In this document: piece after piece, positions 37,366 to 47,560 of the stretch
Layout of the letters: each line of letters starts with the position of its first letter
Numbering within the stretch: the first letter of the stretch is position 1
Origin: a virus
Lineage: Duplodnaviria; Caudoviricetes
Strand: one strand, 5' to 3'
Virus record (IMG/VR): IMGVR_UViG_3300023174_000167
Span: 1 to 63,938 of that record
DNA: 63,938 nt
Program-made: the position numbers and the translations under genes
Notes under the pieces: model-generated
What the model was told of the DNA's origin: nothing
The model's input: the letters and a program-made list of their open reading frames with translations, nothing else
Databases searched by the model: none

Positions 37366-37950
37366 ATGGGTCAGTCAATATTTCCAGAAGTATTTTCGGT
37401 ATCTAGTCCTTCATTAAAGCATACAGTAACATCCACTACTGCTTCTATAGGAATTTCAAGTTCAGCAAGTTTTGTTTATGCATTGGTTTATGGTGCAGGC
37501 GGCGGTGGAGGTGGTGGTGGCGGTACTGGTGGTGGTACTGCTGGTACAGGCGGTGGCGGCGGCGCAGGCGGAGTAAGTTTTGGTTATGTTCCAGCAGTTC
37601 AAGCAGCAACAATTGGAGCAGGTGGAAATGGTGGAGCAGGTGGTTCTGGCGCAAATGGTGGTCAAGGTGGCACTGGTGGAACAACTCAATATGGTTCTTT
37701 AGTTTCAACTGGTGGTGGAGGAGGAACTGGTGGTATAGTGCCTACTGGTGGTTCAGGAACTGGTGGAACTGCAGGAACTCCTTCAGGTGTTGCTGGATCA
37801 GGAACTACTCCTGGAACAGCATATAAAGCTTTAGAAAATTTTTCAGCAGCAAGTTATGCTTCAGGTTCAGCAGGTGGCGCAGGATCAGTAGGTGGTACTG
37901 GTGGCGCAGGAACTGCAGGAAAGCCTGGAATTGTTTATATTTTTTATTAA
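37366..37950 (+). CDS. glycine-rich virion protein
   Basis: YGAGGGG...GKPGIVYIFY; AGGAGG SD. Confidence 0.8.
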   Translation: MGQSIFPEVFSVSSPSLKHTVTSTTASIGISSSASFVYALVYGAGGGGGGGGGTGGGTAGTGGGGGAGGVSFGYVPAVQAATIGAGGNGGAGGSGANGGQGGTGGTTQYGSLVSTGGGGGTGGIVPTGGSGTGGTAGTPSGVAGSGTTPGTAYKALENFSAASYASGSAGGAGSVGGTGGAGTAGKPGIVYIFY

Positions 37951-37988
37951 AATAGACAAAACAAAACAGTAGATGCTATACTGTAACT

Positions 37989-38675
37989 ATGGTAAATATA
38001 GTCTTTACAAATACTAGTAATTTTGATGATATTGAAAAACCACAACCTGCAAGTAAATTTGTACCAGAGTGGTATAAAAATGCAGATTCATATATAGGTG
38101 GAAAGAAAAGACCAGATGGACAAGGTGGAGCAACTTCTACCATTAAACGCTGTATGCCAGTATTTGATGCAATAAATGCAGGATATATTATAGTATCCCC
38201 TGCAGATATTTATGTTTCAATTAAAGAAGGAATTCAATTCTTTGAATGGTCATCTCTTGATTTAATTAAATTTCATCCTATTGAGCAAGCCTCAAACCAT
38301 CCATTACGTAAACCACACGCCTATCCTAAATGGACAAATCCTTGGGCCATTAAGACACCTAAAGGATATTCAACAATGTTTGTTCAACCAATGCATAGAG
38401 ATTCAGTTTTTACTATTCTGCCTGGAATTGTGGATACTGATGAATACTATGCCCCAGTGAATTTTCCATTTGTTATTAATGACCCAGAATTTGAAGGGCT
38501 TATTCCAAAAGGAACTCCTATTGCACAGGTAATCCCATTCAAAAGAGACTCCTGGAAAATTGAATATGGCAAAGAAAAAGATTTAATAGAGCAAAATAAA
38601 ATATCTACAAAACTTCAAACAAGATTTTTTGATAGATATAAAACTATGTTTAGACAAAATAAAGAATATAAATAA
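37989..38675 (+). CDS. DUF6065-related hypothetical protein
   Basis: PEWYK, TIKRCMPVFDA, IKTPKGYS, PGIVDTD, KGTPIAQVIPFKR. Confidence 0.75.
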   Translation: MVNIVFTNTSNFDDIEKPQPASKFVPEWYKNADSYIGGKKRPDGQGGATSTIKRCMPVFDAINAGYIIVSPADIYVSIKEGIQFFEWSSLDLIKFHPIEQASNHPLRKPHAYPKWTNPWAIKTPKGYSTMFVQPMHRDSVFTILPGIVDTDEYYAPVNFPFVINDPEFEGLIPKGTPIAQVIPFKRDSWKIEYGKEKDLIEQNKISTKLQTRFFDRYKTMFRQNKEYK

Positions 38676-38833
38676 AGTTTATGCGGTACTTTTGTTTGTA
38701 TAAAGTACTAACTATAAAGTAAAGATTTACACGTTCTTATTGAGCGTGTTTTTCTTTTTAAAGTGTGTTATACTTAGGTACTACTTCAGAAATCATGAAG
38801 TACTCAATTAATTTTACTTTGAAAGGTACATAA

Positions 38834-40867
38834 ATGTCAGAAAGCGTTTTTTCATTCCGTCTATCAGAAGATTTTGTAAATAAATATTCTACAGTTCCAG
38901 CTCCATTTGGTTTTTCAGATGCAGGCTCCAACTCGTTAGGAGAGATTACATTTATTCGCACATATTCTCGTGTTAAAGAAGACGGAACAAAGGAACGCTG
39001 GCATGAAGTATGCCGTCGTGTAATTGAGGGTATGTACTCAGTTCAGAAGAATCATGCTAAAGATAATCGTCTACCATGGAATGATAATAAAGCTCAAAAG
39101 TCTGCTCAGGAAGCTTTTCAAAGAATGTTTGAATTAAAGTGGACTCCACCAGGCCGTGGTCTATGGGCATTTGGAACACCTATGACTATGGAAAAGCGCA
39201 ACTCTGCTTCCCTTCAAAACTGTGCAATGGTTTCTACCCGTGATATTGATCGTAATGATCCAGGTGCATTATTTGCTTGGGTAATGGATGCATTAATGTT
39301 GGGCATTGGTGTTGGTTTTGATACCCTTGGACAAGATAAACAAATGCCTATTTATGCTCCAACCGAACCAGCATCTATTTATGAAATTCCAGATACTCGT
39401 GAAGGATGGGTGGAATCGGTTCGTCTTTTGATTAATTCTTTCCTTCGCCAGAACCAACCTATCCAAGAGTTTAACTATGATCTGATCCGTCCTCTAGGAG
39501 CACCTATTAAAGGCTTTGGTGGGGTAGCCAGCGGTCCAGCACCACTTATTGATCTACACACACGCATCCGCAATGTAATCGGTTCTAGAGCGGGAGAAAC
39601 ACTTGATAGTCGTGCAATTGTAGATATTGTAAATCTTATTGGTACTTGTGTAGTTTCAGGAAATGTTCGCCGTTCTGCTACCCTTGCACTTGGCGTTCCA
39701 CAGGATGAAGATTTTATTAATCTTAAAAATCCAGAGGTATTTGCAGAAAGAAATTCATATGATCCTAAGAAACCAGGTTGGGCATGGATGAGTAATAACT
39801 CTATTGCTGCTGAAGTAGGAACAAAGTATGAAGACTATGTTGATTTAATTGCAGATAATGGAGAGCCAGGTTTTATATGGCTTGACGTTGCTCGTAATTA
39901 TGGTCGCCTTGCTGATGCACCAGATTATAAAGATTCTAGAATTATGGGATTTAATCCATGTGCAGAACAACCACTTGAGTCATATGAACTATGTACTCTT
40001 GTAGAAGTTCATCTTAATCGTCATGAGTCTAAAGAAGATTTCTTAAAGACATTAAAGTTTGCATATTTGTATGGTAAGACTGTTACTCTTATGCCAACAC
40101 ATTGGCAACAGACAAACGGTATTATGCAACGTAATCGCCGTATTGGTACATCACTTACAGGTATTGCTGCATTTGCTGATGAACATGGTCTTCCAACTAC
40201 CCGTGAATGGATGGATGAAGGATATAACACAATCCGTAAATATGATCACCAGTATTCAGAATGGCTATGTGTTCGTGAATCAGTTCGTGTAACAACAGTT
40301 AAGCCATCAGGATCTGTGTCGCTTCTTTCTGGGGCTACTCCTGGAGTTCACTGGGGACCTGGTGGAGAATTCTATCTCCGTGCTATTCGCTTTGGCGATC
40401 AAGATCCAATGCTTCATTTGTTTAAAGCAGCGGGATATAAAGTTGAACCAGATCTAGTATCAGCAAATACACAGGTAGTATATTTCCCAGTAGCATCAGG
40501 ACACAAGCGTTCTGAAAAGCAGGTAAGCCTATTTGAAAAGATTGGTTTGGCAGCAACTGCTCAGAAGTATTGGTCAGATAATGGTGTTTCTGTAACACTC
40601 TCATTTGATAAGGAAGAAGAAAAGAAATTCGTTGCTCCAGCACTAAATATGTATGAGGGTCAGCTAAAGGCAGTTTCATTCCTTCCAATGGGAAATAAAA
40701 CCTACCCACAACAGCCATATACAGAAATCACAAGAGAAGAATATAACGCATATGTTGGAACAATTGGCAAAATTGACTGGTCTGCTATCTATGATGGCAA
40801 AGATAATCTTGATGCTGAGTCTGAGAAATATTGTTCAACCGATGCCTGTGAAATCAAGTTGTACTAA
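38834..40867 (+). CDS. nrdJ: class II (B12-dependent) monomeric ribonucleotide reductase
   Basis: PPGRG, NC, GFNPCAEQPL, TTVKPSG, C-terminal CSTDAC. Confidence 0.93.
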   Translation: MSESVFSFRLSEDFVNKYSTVPAPFGFSDAGSNSLGEITFIRTYSRVKEDGTKERWHEVCRRVIEGMYSVQKNHAKDNRLPWNDNKAQKSAQEAFQRMFELKWTPPGRGLWAFGTPMTMEKRNSASLQNCAMVSTRDIDRNDPGALFAWVMDALMLGIGVGFDTLGQDKQMPIYAPTEPASIYEIPDTREGWVESVRLLINSFLRQNQPIQEFNYDLIRPLGAPIKGFGGVASGPAPLIDLHTRIRNVIGSRAGETLDSRAIVDIVNLIGTCVVSGNVRRSATLALGVPQDEDFINLKNPEVFAERNSYDPKKPGWAWMSNNSIAAEVGTKYEDYVDLIADNGEPGFIWLDVARNYGRLADAPDYKDSRIMGFNPCAEQPLESYELCTLVEVHLNRHESKEDFLKTLKFAYLYGKTVTLMPTHWQQTNGIMQRNRRIGTSLTGIAAFADEHGLPTTREWMDEGYNTIRKYDHQYSEWLCVRESVRVTTVKPSGSVSLLSGATPGVHWGPGGEFYLRAIRFGDQDPMLHLFKAAGYKVEPDLVSANTQVVYFPVASGHKRSEKQVSLFEKIGLAATAQKYWSDNGVSVTLSFDKEEEKKFVAPALNMYEGQLKAVSFLPMGNKTYPQQPYTEITREEYNAYVGTIGKIDWSAIYDGKDNLDAESEKYCSTDACEIKLY

Positions 40868-40919
40868 AATACTGGTTATTTAAGTACTTATATAATAGGA
40901 ATATGGTATACTGATGGTT

Positions 40920-41315
40920 ATGGATTCTTTAATCAACCCCGAAACTGGCGAACCAATTGTCAAAAATGTACGTAGACAGGTTATAGAAAAGAAGTATAAC
41001 TGGGGTCTTTATGTATATAAGAAGGCAAATGGAAAATGGTTTACAGATGGAAATGGCAATGTGCTGAACATAGAGTCAGTACGCAATGATCTTTCAAAAA
41101 TAACAGAACTTAAAAATGCAGCAAAGCATTATGGGGATGAAGGCGATGGAGAAGCAGTATTTGTTCCAGGCCTAACCAGAATTACTGAAGAAGAGCATTC
41201 TGAGCAAATGGATCGTATGAAGCAGGGTCTTATTCCTTCAATGAACGATCTTGGTGCATGGCATGCAGCACAACAAACCCTTAACAAGGCAGGCAAGGAC
41301 GCATTTAATGAGTAA
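40920..41315 (+). CDS. conserved hypothetical protein upstream of portal
   Basis: ATG 7 nt after TGGTATACT. Confidence 0.8.
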   Translation: MDSLINPETGEPIVKNVRRQVIEKKYNWGLYVYKKANGKWFTDGNGNVLNIESVRNDLSKITELKNAAKHYGDEGDGEAVFVPGLTRITEEEHSEQMDRMKQGLIPSMNDLGAWHAAQQTLNKAGKDAFNE

Positions 41316-42942
41316 TAGTGATTACATAGAGGCCAGACTTGGCACTACAGAAAAACCAGATAGCCAATTTAAAAATAGCGATCCATTTAATAAGTCATGG
41401 GATGAACTAAAATCTTTGGGCGGTATTGAAGAAAACTTTAAACGTCGTATGACAAGACAAGTAAACAAAGCAATGACACAAGAAGGCTACCTTGCTACTA
41501 ATGCAAACATTAATCTTCTTAGTCCGCAATATCTTGATTCAGCAAACGCAGATCCAAAAGGTCTTAAGGATTCTGGGTCTAAAGCAATCAATCCTGGTTT
41601 GGTTTACCGAAATGGCTATGGTCTTTTTGATGTAATTACCCCGCCGTACAATATGTACGAACTTGCTAATTTTTATGATACATCTTTTGCTAACCATGCT
41701 GCCATTGATGCAAAGGTAGAAAACGTTGTTGGTCTTGGATATCGTTTTGATGTAACAGATAGAACAATGATGAGTCTTGAAAATAATGCAGACCAAGCAG
41801 CAACTGCTCGTGCTCGTAATCGTATTGAAAGAGCAAAACTTGAAATTCGTGATTGGCTTGAATCGTTAAATGATGATGATAGCTTTACACGCACAATGGA
41901 AAAAATTTATACAGACCTTCAGGCAACTGGAAATGGTTACATGGAAATTGGTAGAACTGTAAGTGGAGAGATTGGATATGTTGGCCATATTCCATCAACA
42001 ACAGTTCGTGTTCGCCGTATTCGTGATGGCTTTGTTCAAATCATTGGACCAAAAGTTGTTTACTTCCGTAACTTTGGTGCTAAAAATCAAAACCCATTAA
42101 CAGCAGATAATCGTCCAAATGAAATTATTCATTTTAAAGATTATTCACCTTTAAATACTTATTACGGTGTTCCTGATATTATTGCAGCATTGCCATCATT
42201 AATTGGCGATCAACTTGCTTCACAATACAACATTGATTATTTTGAAAATAAAGCGGTACCAAGATATGTTATTACTCTTAAGGGTGCAAAGCTATCTGCA
42301 GACGCTGAAGATAAGATGTTCCGATTCTTGCAGACAGGCCTAAAGTCTCAGTCTCATAGAACCCTTTACATTCCACTTCCTGGAGATAACGATCATTCTA
42401 AGGTTGAGTTTGACATGAAGCCAATTGAAAACGGTATTCAAGATGGATCATTTAAAGAGTACCGCAAACAAAATCGTGATGATATTTTAATTGCTCATCA
42501 GGTTCCAATATCTAAACTTGGTGGTTCAGACTCTGGCGCTATTGCAGCAGCACTTGCCCAAGATCGTACTTTTAAAGAGCAGGTTTCTCGCCCAGAGCAA
42601 CAGCACCTTGAAAAGGTAATCAGCAAGATTATCAAGGAAAGAACAGATATTCTTCAGTTCAAGTTTAATGAACTTACCCTTACAGATGAAATTGCACAAT
42701 CACAAATTCTTGAGCGTTATGTTAAGAATCAGATCATGCTTCCTAACGAAGCCCGTGAAATTCTAGATCTTCCTCAAGCAGATCATGGCGATTCACCGCT
42801 TGAACTTAGCCCAAGACAGGCTGCAGATTCAAGAGCAAATGGAAATCGTTCTAGAGATGCTGAACGAACAAATAACCAATCCGATGGCTCTGCAACCATA
42901 TCTGGACGTAATCCGAAGGGTGAAGGTAGAGCATCTCAATAA
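41308..42942 (+). CDS. portal protein
   Basis: GNGY, EIIHF, YYGVP, YFENKAVP, PNEAR; start moved to MSNSDY. Confidence 0.92.
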   Translation: MSNSDYIEARLGTTEKPDSQFKNSDPFNKSWDELKSLGGIEENFKRRMTRQVNKAMTQEGYLATNANINLLSPQYLDSANADPKGLKDSGSKAINPGLVYRNGYGLFDVITPPYNMYELANFYDTSFANHAAIDAKVENVVGLGYRFDVTDRTMMSLENNADQAATARARNRIERAKLEIRDWLESLNDDDSFTRTMEKIYTDLQATGNGYMEIGRTVSGEIGYVGHIPSTTVRVRRIRDGFVQIIGPKVVYFRNFGAKNQNPLTADNRPNEIIHFKDYSPLNTYYGVPDIIAALPSLIGDQLASQYNIDYFENKAVPRYVITLKGAKLSADAEDKMFRFLQTGLKSQSHRTLYIPLPGDNDHSKVEFDMKPIENGIQDGSFKEYRKQNRDDILIAHQVPISKLGGSDSGAIAAALAQDRTFKEQVSRPEQQHLEKVISKIIKERTDILQFKFNELTLTDEIAQSQILERYVKNQIMLPNEAREILDLPQADHGDSPLELSPRQAADSRANGNRSRDAERTNNQSDGSATISGRNPKGEGRASQ

Positions 42943-42983
42943 TTGAGAAAACTCTATAAATATTTGGTATAATGGATTACGAT

Positions 42984-44297
42984 ATGAACATAAATAAGGC
43001 TTTTTGGACCACTGAAGGCGACAACGTTCGTCTTTCAATGCCCTTTGGCAAGGTAGATGTTGAAAAGAGAATTGTCTCTGGTTTTGCATCTCTTGACAAT
43101 GTTGACAAGCAATATGACATCGTTACAACAGAAGCATCAATGAGTGCTTTTGCAAAGTTCCGTGGAAACATTCGTGAAATGCATCAGCCATCAGCAGTTG
43201 GCAAAATGCTTAATTTTAAAGAAGAAAAATATTTTGATCCAGAGACAAAGAAATTCTATAAAGGAGTTTATGTCTCTACATACATTTCCAAGGGTGCACA
43301 AGATGCATGGGAAAAAGTTCTTGATGGAACATACACTGGTTTTTCAATCGGGGGACGAATGAACAAGTGGGACGATGCATATAATGAAGAACTTGATAAA
43401 ACAATTAGAATTATTAAAGACTATGATCTAGTAGAACTATCTCTAGTAGATTCACCAGCAAATCAATTTGCAAGCATCATGTCAGTTGAAAAAGTTGACG
43501 GCGTAGATGTTATTAAAGGTGAATTTGCTGATGTAGTTGTAGAAAATGTTTTTTATGATGAAGAAACAGGAATTGTTCTAACTTCTGATGAAGAAACATA
43601 CGTTAGCCCAGTAAGCGGTAACGAAATGAAAAACATTGGTTTTGTAGAAAAGAATGACTCAGAAAAAGCAAACATGATAAAGTTCTTAGTTGATAGTGCT
43701 AAAGGCATTAATACATCTAAGATTACAAAGGAGGTAAGTCCTATGACAGAAGATACAACCGCAGTTGTTGATGCACCAGTTGCAGAAGCAGAAGCAGTAT
43801 CAGCAGAGGTCACTCCAGAGGCACAACCAACAGAAGCAGTAGAACCAGCCGCAGAAGCAGAAGCACCAGTTGCTGATGCAGAAAAGTCTGATTCAATTGC
43901 TGATGATAGTGCTACATCTTCAACAGAAGATGCAATTCAGGCTCCAGAAGCTCCAGCAGCAGATGATGTTGCAAAGGCTGATGACGTAATTGCAGAAGCA
44001 ATTACAGAAATCAAGGAATCTGTTACTAATGCCTTTGGCGATCTAGCAGCAACAATTAAATCACTTAGTGATGAAGTTGCTAATATGAAGAAGTCTCTTG
44101 ATGCCACAACAACTGATGTAAATCAGATCAAGGGTACTTTTAACGAAATTGGAAAGCGAGTTGATTCCGTAGAAAAGGACACAGCTTTCCGCAAGTCTGG
44201 CGATCTAGGCGAGATCGTGCAGGAAATGGATGAAAGTCCAGTTCAAAAATCCCTATGGGGCGGACGTTTCCTCAAATTCTCCGACCTATATAACTAA
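42984..44297 (+). CDS. prohead protease fused to scaffold
   Basis: IREMH, GFSIGG, ELSLVDSPAN; acidic Ala/Glu-rich coiled-coil C-terminal half. Confidence 0.9.
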   Translation: MNINKAFWTTEGDNVRLSMPFGKVDVEKRIVSGFASLDNVDKQYDIVTTEASMSAFAKFRGNIREMHQPSAVGKMLNFKEEKYFDPETKKFYKGVYVSTYISKGAQDAWEKVLDGTYTGFSIGGRMNKWDDAYNEELDKTIRIIKDYDLVELSLVDSPANQFASIMSVEKVDGVDVIKGEFADVVVENVFYDEETGIVLTSDEETYVSPVSGNEMKNIGFVEKNDSEKANMIKFLVDSAKGINTSKITKEVSPMTEDTTAVVDAPVAEAEAVSAEVTPEAQPTEAVEPAAEAEAPVADAEKSDSIADDSATSSTEDAIQAPEAPAADDVAKADDVIAEAITEIKESVTNAFGDLAATIKSLSDEVANMKKSLDATTTDVNQIKGTFNEIGKRVDSVEKDTAFRKSGDLGEIVQEMDESPVQKSLWGGRFLKFSDLYN

Positions 44298-44324
44298 CAT
44301 AAAAATCACTAGGAGGTGAACAAT

Positions 44325-45437
44325 ATGTCAGAAGATATCGTAAAAAACTATCCAGGTACTAGCGAAGGCCACACCCATACAGGTGAAGGTTCAGTAGCAT
44401 CTGGTTCTACCGCAGACGCAGCAGCCATTGTTAATGGTCGTGTTGGCGTTATGGGTAACATTGATGGTGCAAATTACGGAACATCAGGTGCTAATGGAGT
44501 AAATCCAGTAGGTACACCTGGCGGTATCCTATTGCCTGAACAAGCTCGTCGCTTCATTGATTATGTGTGGGATGCTACAGTTCTCGCTAAGGATGGACGT
44601 AGAGTTACTATGAGAGCCAACACAATGGAACTTGAAAAAGTTAACGTTGGTGAGCGTGTAATTCGTGCAGCAGCACAAGCAGACCCTACATTCACAAATG
44701 CAGGCGCAACTTTCTCAAAGGTTGAATTGACTACAAAGAAGATTCGTCTTGACTGGGAAGTATCAACAGAAGCACTAGAAGATAACGTAGAAGGTGGCGC
44801 TCTTGAAGACCATCTCGTTCGTTTGATGACAACTGCTTTTGCAAACGACATTGAAGATCTTGCGATCAACGGTGACGGTTCAACAGGAAACTTCCTTTCA
44901 ATCATGGAAGGCTTCGTTTCAAAGGCACAGGGCGGAGACTCACACGAGTCACTCGTAACTGTTGCTGATAACAACTGGACAACTCCAGTTCTTCAGGATA
45001 TCATCCTTGCAATGCCACGTAAGTACCGTGCAATCAAGAACAATCTTAAGTTCTATGCTGGTACAGACGCATTCCAAGGTATTGTCAAGAACAACGGTAC
45101 ACTTGCTGATGCAATTGCAGAAGCATTTACACCACGTCTTGGTGGTACTGAGGCTAACCGTCAAGCATACTACGATGGTGGCGCACAGACATTTGGTGGA
45201 GCACGTACAACTCGTGTTCTCGGTGTTGAAGTTCAGGAAGTTCCTTACTACCCTGCAGGTTATGTAGATCTTACATTCCCTCAGAACCGTGTATGGGGAT
45301 TCCAGCGTGATATCACTGTAAACCGTTTCTACCAGCCAAAGAAGGACACAATTGAATACACAGTATTCGTCCGCTTTGGTATCCAGTGGGAAGAACTTGA
45401 CGCAGTTGCATTTGCAACAGCAGCAAACAATTCATAA
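44325..45437 (+). CDS. major capsid protein (HK97 fold)
   Basis: GGILLPEQ, EDLAINGD; position after protease; AGGAGG SD. Confidence 0.92.
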   Translation: MSEDIVKNYPGTSEGHTHTGEGSVASGSTADAAAIVNGRVGVMGNIDGANYGTSGANGVNPVGTPGGILLPEQARRFIDYVWDATVLAKDGRRVTMRANTMELEKVNVGERVIRAAAQADPTFTNAGATFSKVELTTKKIRLDWEVSTEALEDNVEGGALEDHLVRLMTTAFANDIEDLAINGDGSTGNFLSIMEGFVSKAQGGDSHESLVTVADNNWTTPVLQDIILAMPRKYRAIKNNLKFYAGTDAFQGIVKNNGTLADAIAEAFTPRLGGTEANRQAYYDGGAQTFGGARTTRVLGVEVQEVPYYPAGYVDLTFPQNRVWGFQRDITVNRFYQPKKDTIEYTVFVRFGIQWEELDAVAFATAANNS

Positions 45438-45454
45438 TCACTGAAATACTTAAT

Positions 45455-45486
45455 AGGGAGGGTAGCGTAAAAACTACCCTCCTTAT
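45455..45486 (+). terminator. hairpin after major capsid gene
   Basis: AGGGAGGGTAG-CGTAAAAA-CTACCCTCCTT. Confidence 0.7.
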
Positions 45487-45503
45487 TCTATTATAGGAGT
45501 AAT

Positions 45504-45743
45504 ATGTCATATCCAGGATCAGAGCAAGGACACACACACGTTTCTGAAGGTGCAATTGTTACACTCGGAAACCCAGGAGTAATTATTATGGGTCCAGGAG
45601 GATTACAAGTTAATACTATGGGCACTCTTGGAGAAGCAAATATGGGTGATACATCAGGCCCAAATGCAGTTAATCCATCTGGAACACCAAACGGAATTCG
45701 TCTACCAATGCAAAATAATTTTGGCATAAGAAGACGACGCTAA
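45504..45743 (+). CDS. small protein homologous to capsid N-terminal arm
   Basis: YPG..GHTH..EG...MG....ANxG.(T)SG.N.VNP.GTP.GI.LP.Q shared with MCP; AGGAG SD. Confidence 0.8.
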   Translation: MSYPGSEQGHTHVSEGAIVTLGNPGVIIMGPGGLQVNTMGTLGEANMGDTSGPNAVNPSGTPNGIRLPMQNNFGIRRRR

Positions 45744-45771
45744 TTCTGGTATAATGACATAGGAGGAATTA

Positions 45772-46113
45772 ATGTCTATTATTGAAGATTTATCTAAAAA
45801 GACTGTTATGGAAATAAAGTCTTATGCAAAGAAAAATAACATTGATTTATTTGGGGTAAAAACAAAGATTCACATGCTTGAAGTAATTGCTAGCTGGACT
45901 CCAAAAGAAGAATCAGTAGCAGAGCCAAAAGTAGAAAAACCAGTTAGTGAAAAAGTAGCACTTTTTTCAGAGCGTAATATTTTCTGGAATGGTGTTGGAG
46001 AAGTCGTAAAAGGCTATAACATTGTAACCAAGGAGGTTTCCGAAAAGTGGCTTACCCACAGCAAGGTTCGCATAGCGACACCTCAAGAGGTAGCAAAACA
46101 CTACGGTAAATAA
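45772..46113 (+). CDS. hypothetical protein with HeH/LEM-like N-terminus
   Basis: TVMEIKSYAKKNNIDL; AGGAGG SD. Confidence 0.75.
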   Translation: MSIIEDLSKKTVMEIKSYAKKNNIDLFGVKTKIHMLEVIASWTPKEESVAEPKVEKPVSEKVALFSERNIFWNGVGEVVKGYNIVTKEVSEKWLTHSKVRIATPQEVAKHYGK

Positions 46114-46115
46114 TC

Positions 46116-47096
46116 ATGATAATTCTAAGACTCCCACCATACCCTATTGACGTAAAATATGATGTTCCAGAACCTAATACAGAATATCTGTTTACTATTG
46201 AGAATGCCCCCAAAACTATTGAGGCATCTGAAGTTTTGACATCTGATGCAAATTCACAAATTACTTTTACTCTAACAGGAGATTTTGTAACCTATGATCA
46301 TGACTATGCTGTAGCTATTTATGAGATAATTGATGGGGTTGCAGAACATATTTTTGTTGAAGATATCCTTAGTATTGTTCGTCCTTATGTTGATCCTAGA
46401 ACTCTTGGGACAACAGCAACAGAAATTGCAGAAGCACAATATAATGAACGTATTGCTAGAGCAATTATTGATTCTTTAATTAGTCGTGGTTTTACATTTG
46501 AAAAGAAAGTTCTTGAGGTTGTTGGCCAAGGAAATGACTATATGCCAGTATGGGAAACAATTTACAAGATTGATAAAGTATACGAGAATGGTGTTTTAGT
46601 TTATGATTATCAAGCAGAAACACCAGCACTTGCAGGATTTAACTATGTAATTACTCAAGATAGAACAGCAATAGTAAAAGTTCCAACTGATTCAAGTCAA
46701 TATGAGCCACAAAATCGTAATGAGAGAAAGCCTTTAAAATATAGAGACGCAGGATCTGACTCATTCTATACTTATGCTCCTTATGAAAATTTTGATAACA
46801 TGTGGACAAATACTAGAAATCCTGCTGTTTCATTTCCTGAAGGGTTTGACTATATCTTTATTTATGAAGCGGGATATAAAGTTATTCCAAATGATGTACG
46901 TGATGCTGTAAATATGCTTATTAATGATATTAAGTGTGGAAAAATAGATCATTATAAATCATATATAAGCGAATACGAGACAGATCAGTTTAAACTTAAA
47001 TATGATCCATCAAAGTTTTTTGGTACTGGAAATATTTTAGTTGATATTATTCTTGACAAATATGTAACAGACTTGCGTACTCCAGGGATATTATAA
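46116..47096 (+). CDS. head-tail adaptor
   Basis: Position; YEAGY..IPNDVRDA. Confidence 0.75.
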   Translation: MIILRLPPYPIDVKYDVPEPNTEYLFTIENAPKTIEASEVLTSDANSQITFTLTGDFVTYDHDYAVAIYEIIDGVAEHIFVEDILSIVRPYVDPRTLGTTATEIAEAQYNERIARAIIDSLISRGFTFEKKVLEVVGQGNDYMPVWETIYKIDKVYENGVLVYDYQAETPALAGFNYVITQDRTAIVKVPTDSSQYEPQNRNERKPLKYRDAGSDSFYTYAPYENFDNMWTNTRNPAVSFPEGFDYIFIYEAGYKVIPNDVRDAVNMLINDIKCGKIDHYKSYISEYETDQFKLKYDPSKFFGTGNILVDIILDKYVTDLRTPGIL

Positions 47097-47560
47097 TGCA
47101 TGGCGTATCATCAAGTTCATGCGATACAACGGATTTTTTGTATCCAATGCTTGCTGATGTCTACTATGCAATAATCAAACAAAATGAATACGGCAAGGCA
47201 GTAAAAGACTGGGTATTTGATAAAACAATTACATGCAATGCACAGCCAATTACAAGAAGAACACAAGAAGAAATGACTCCTGCTGTATTCCTTCAAACAG
47301 ATGGCAAACTAATAGCAAGATCTAGAACTGATATAAGAACTTCTTCTAACTATGAAAATAATGCAATAACAAACATATTAATTACAAACATAAGACTTCC
47401 AGGAGATAACCTTGTTTACAGAGAAACTGCTGGCCCAAGAAGTGGTAGAGGAACAATTTATGAACTTGCTACAATTGAGCCTTTTGTTGGAGGCCTTCAA
47501 AGTGTTGAATATTATTACATGATGTGGCGTAGATCCGAAAATCAGACAGTTGGTGACTAA
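47096..47560 (+). CDS. head closure/stopper protein
   Basis: Synteny and size. Confidence 0.6.
   Translation: MHGVSSSSCDTTDFLYPMLADVYYAIIKQNEYGKAVKDWVFDKTITCNAQPITRRTQEEMTPAVFLQTDGKLIARSRTDIRTSSNYENNAITNILITNIRLPGDNLVYRETAGPRSGRGTIYELATIEPFVGGLQSVEYYYMMWRRSENQTVGD

Noticed and set aside
38680-38833. Cobalamin riboswitch or NrdR box upstream of nrdJ
   Set aside because: No B12-box or NrdR-like palindrome recognisable; leader is short and AT-rich
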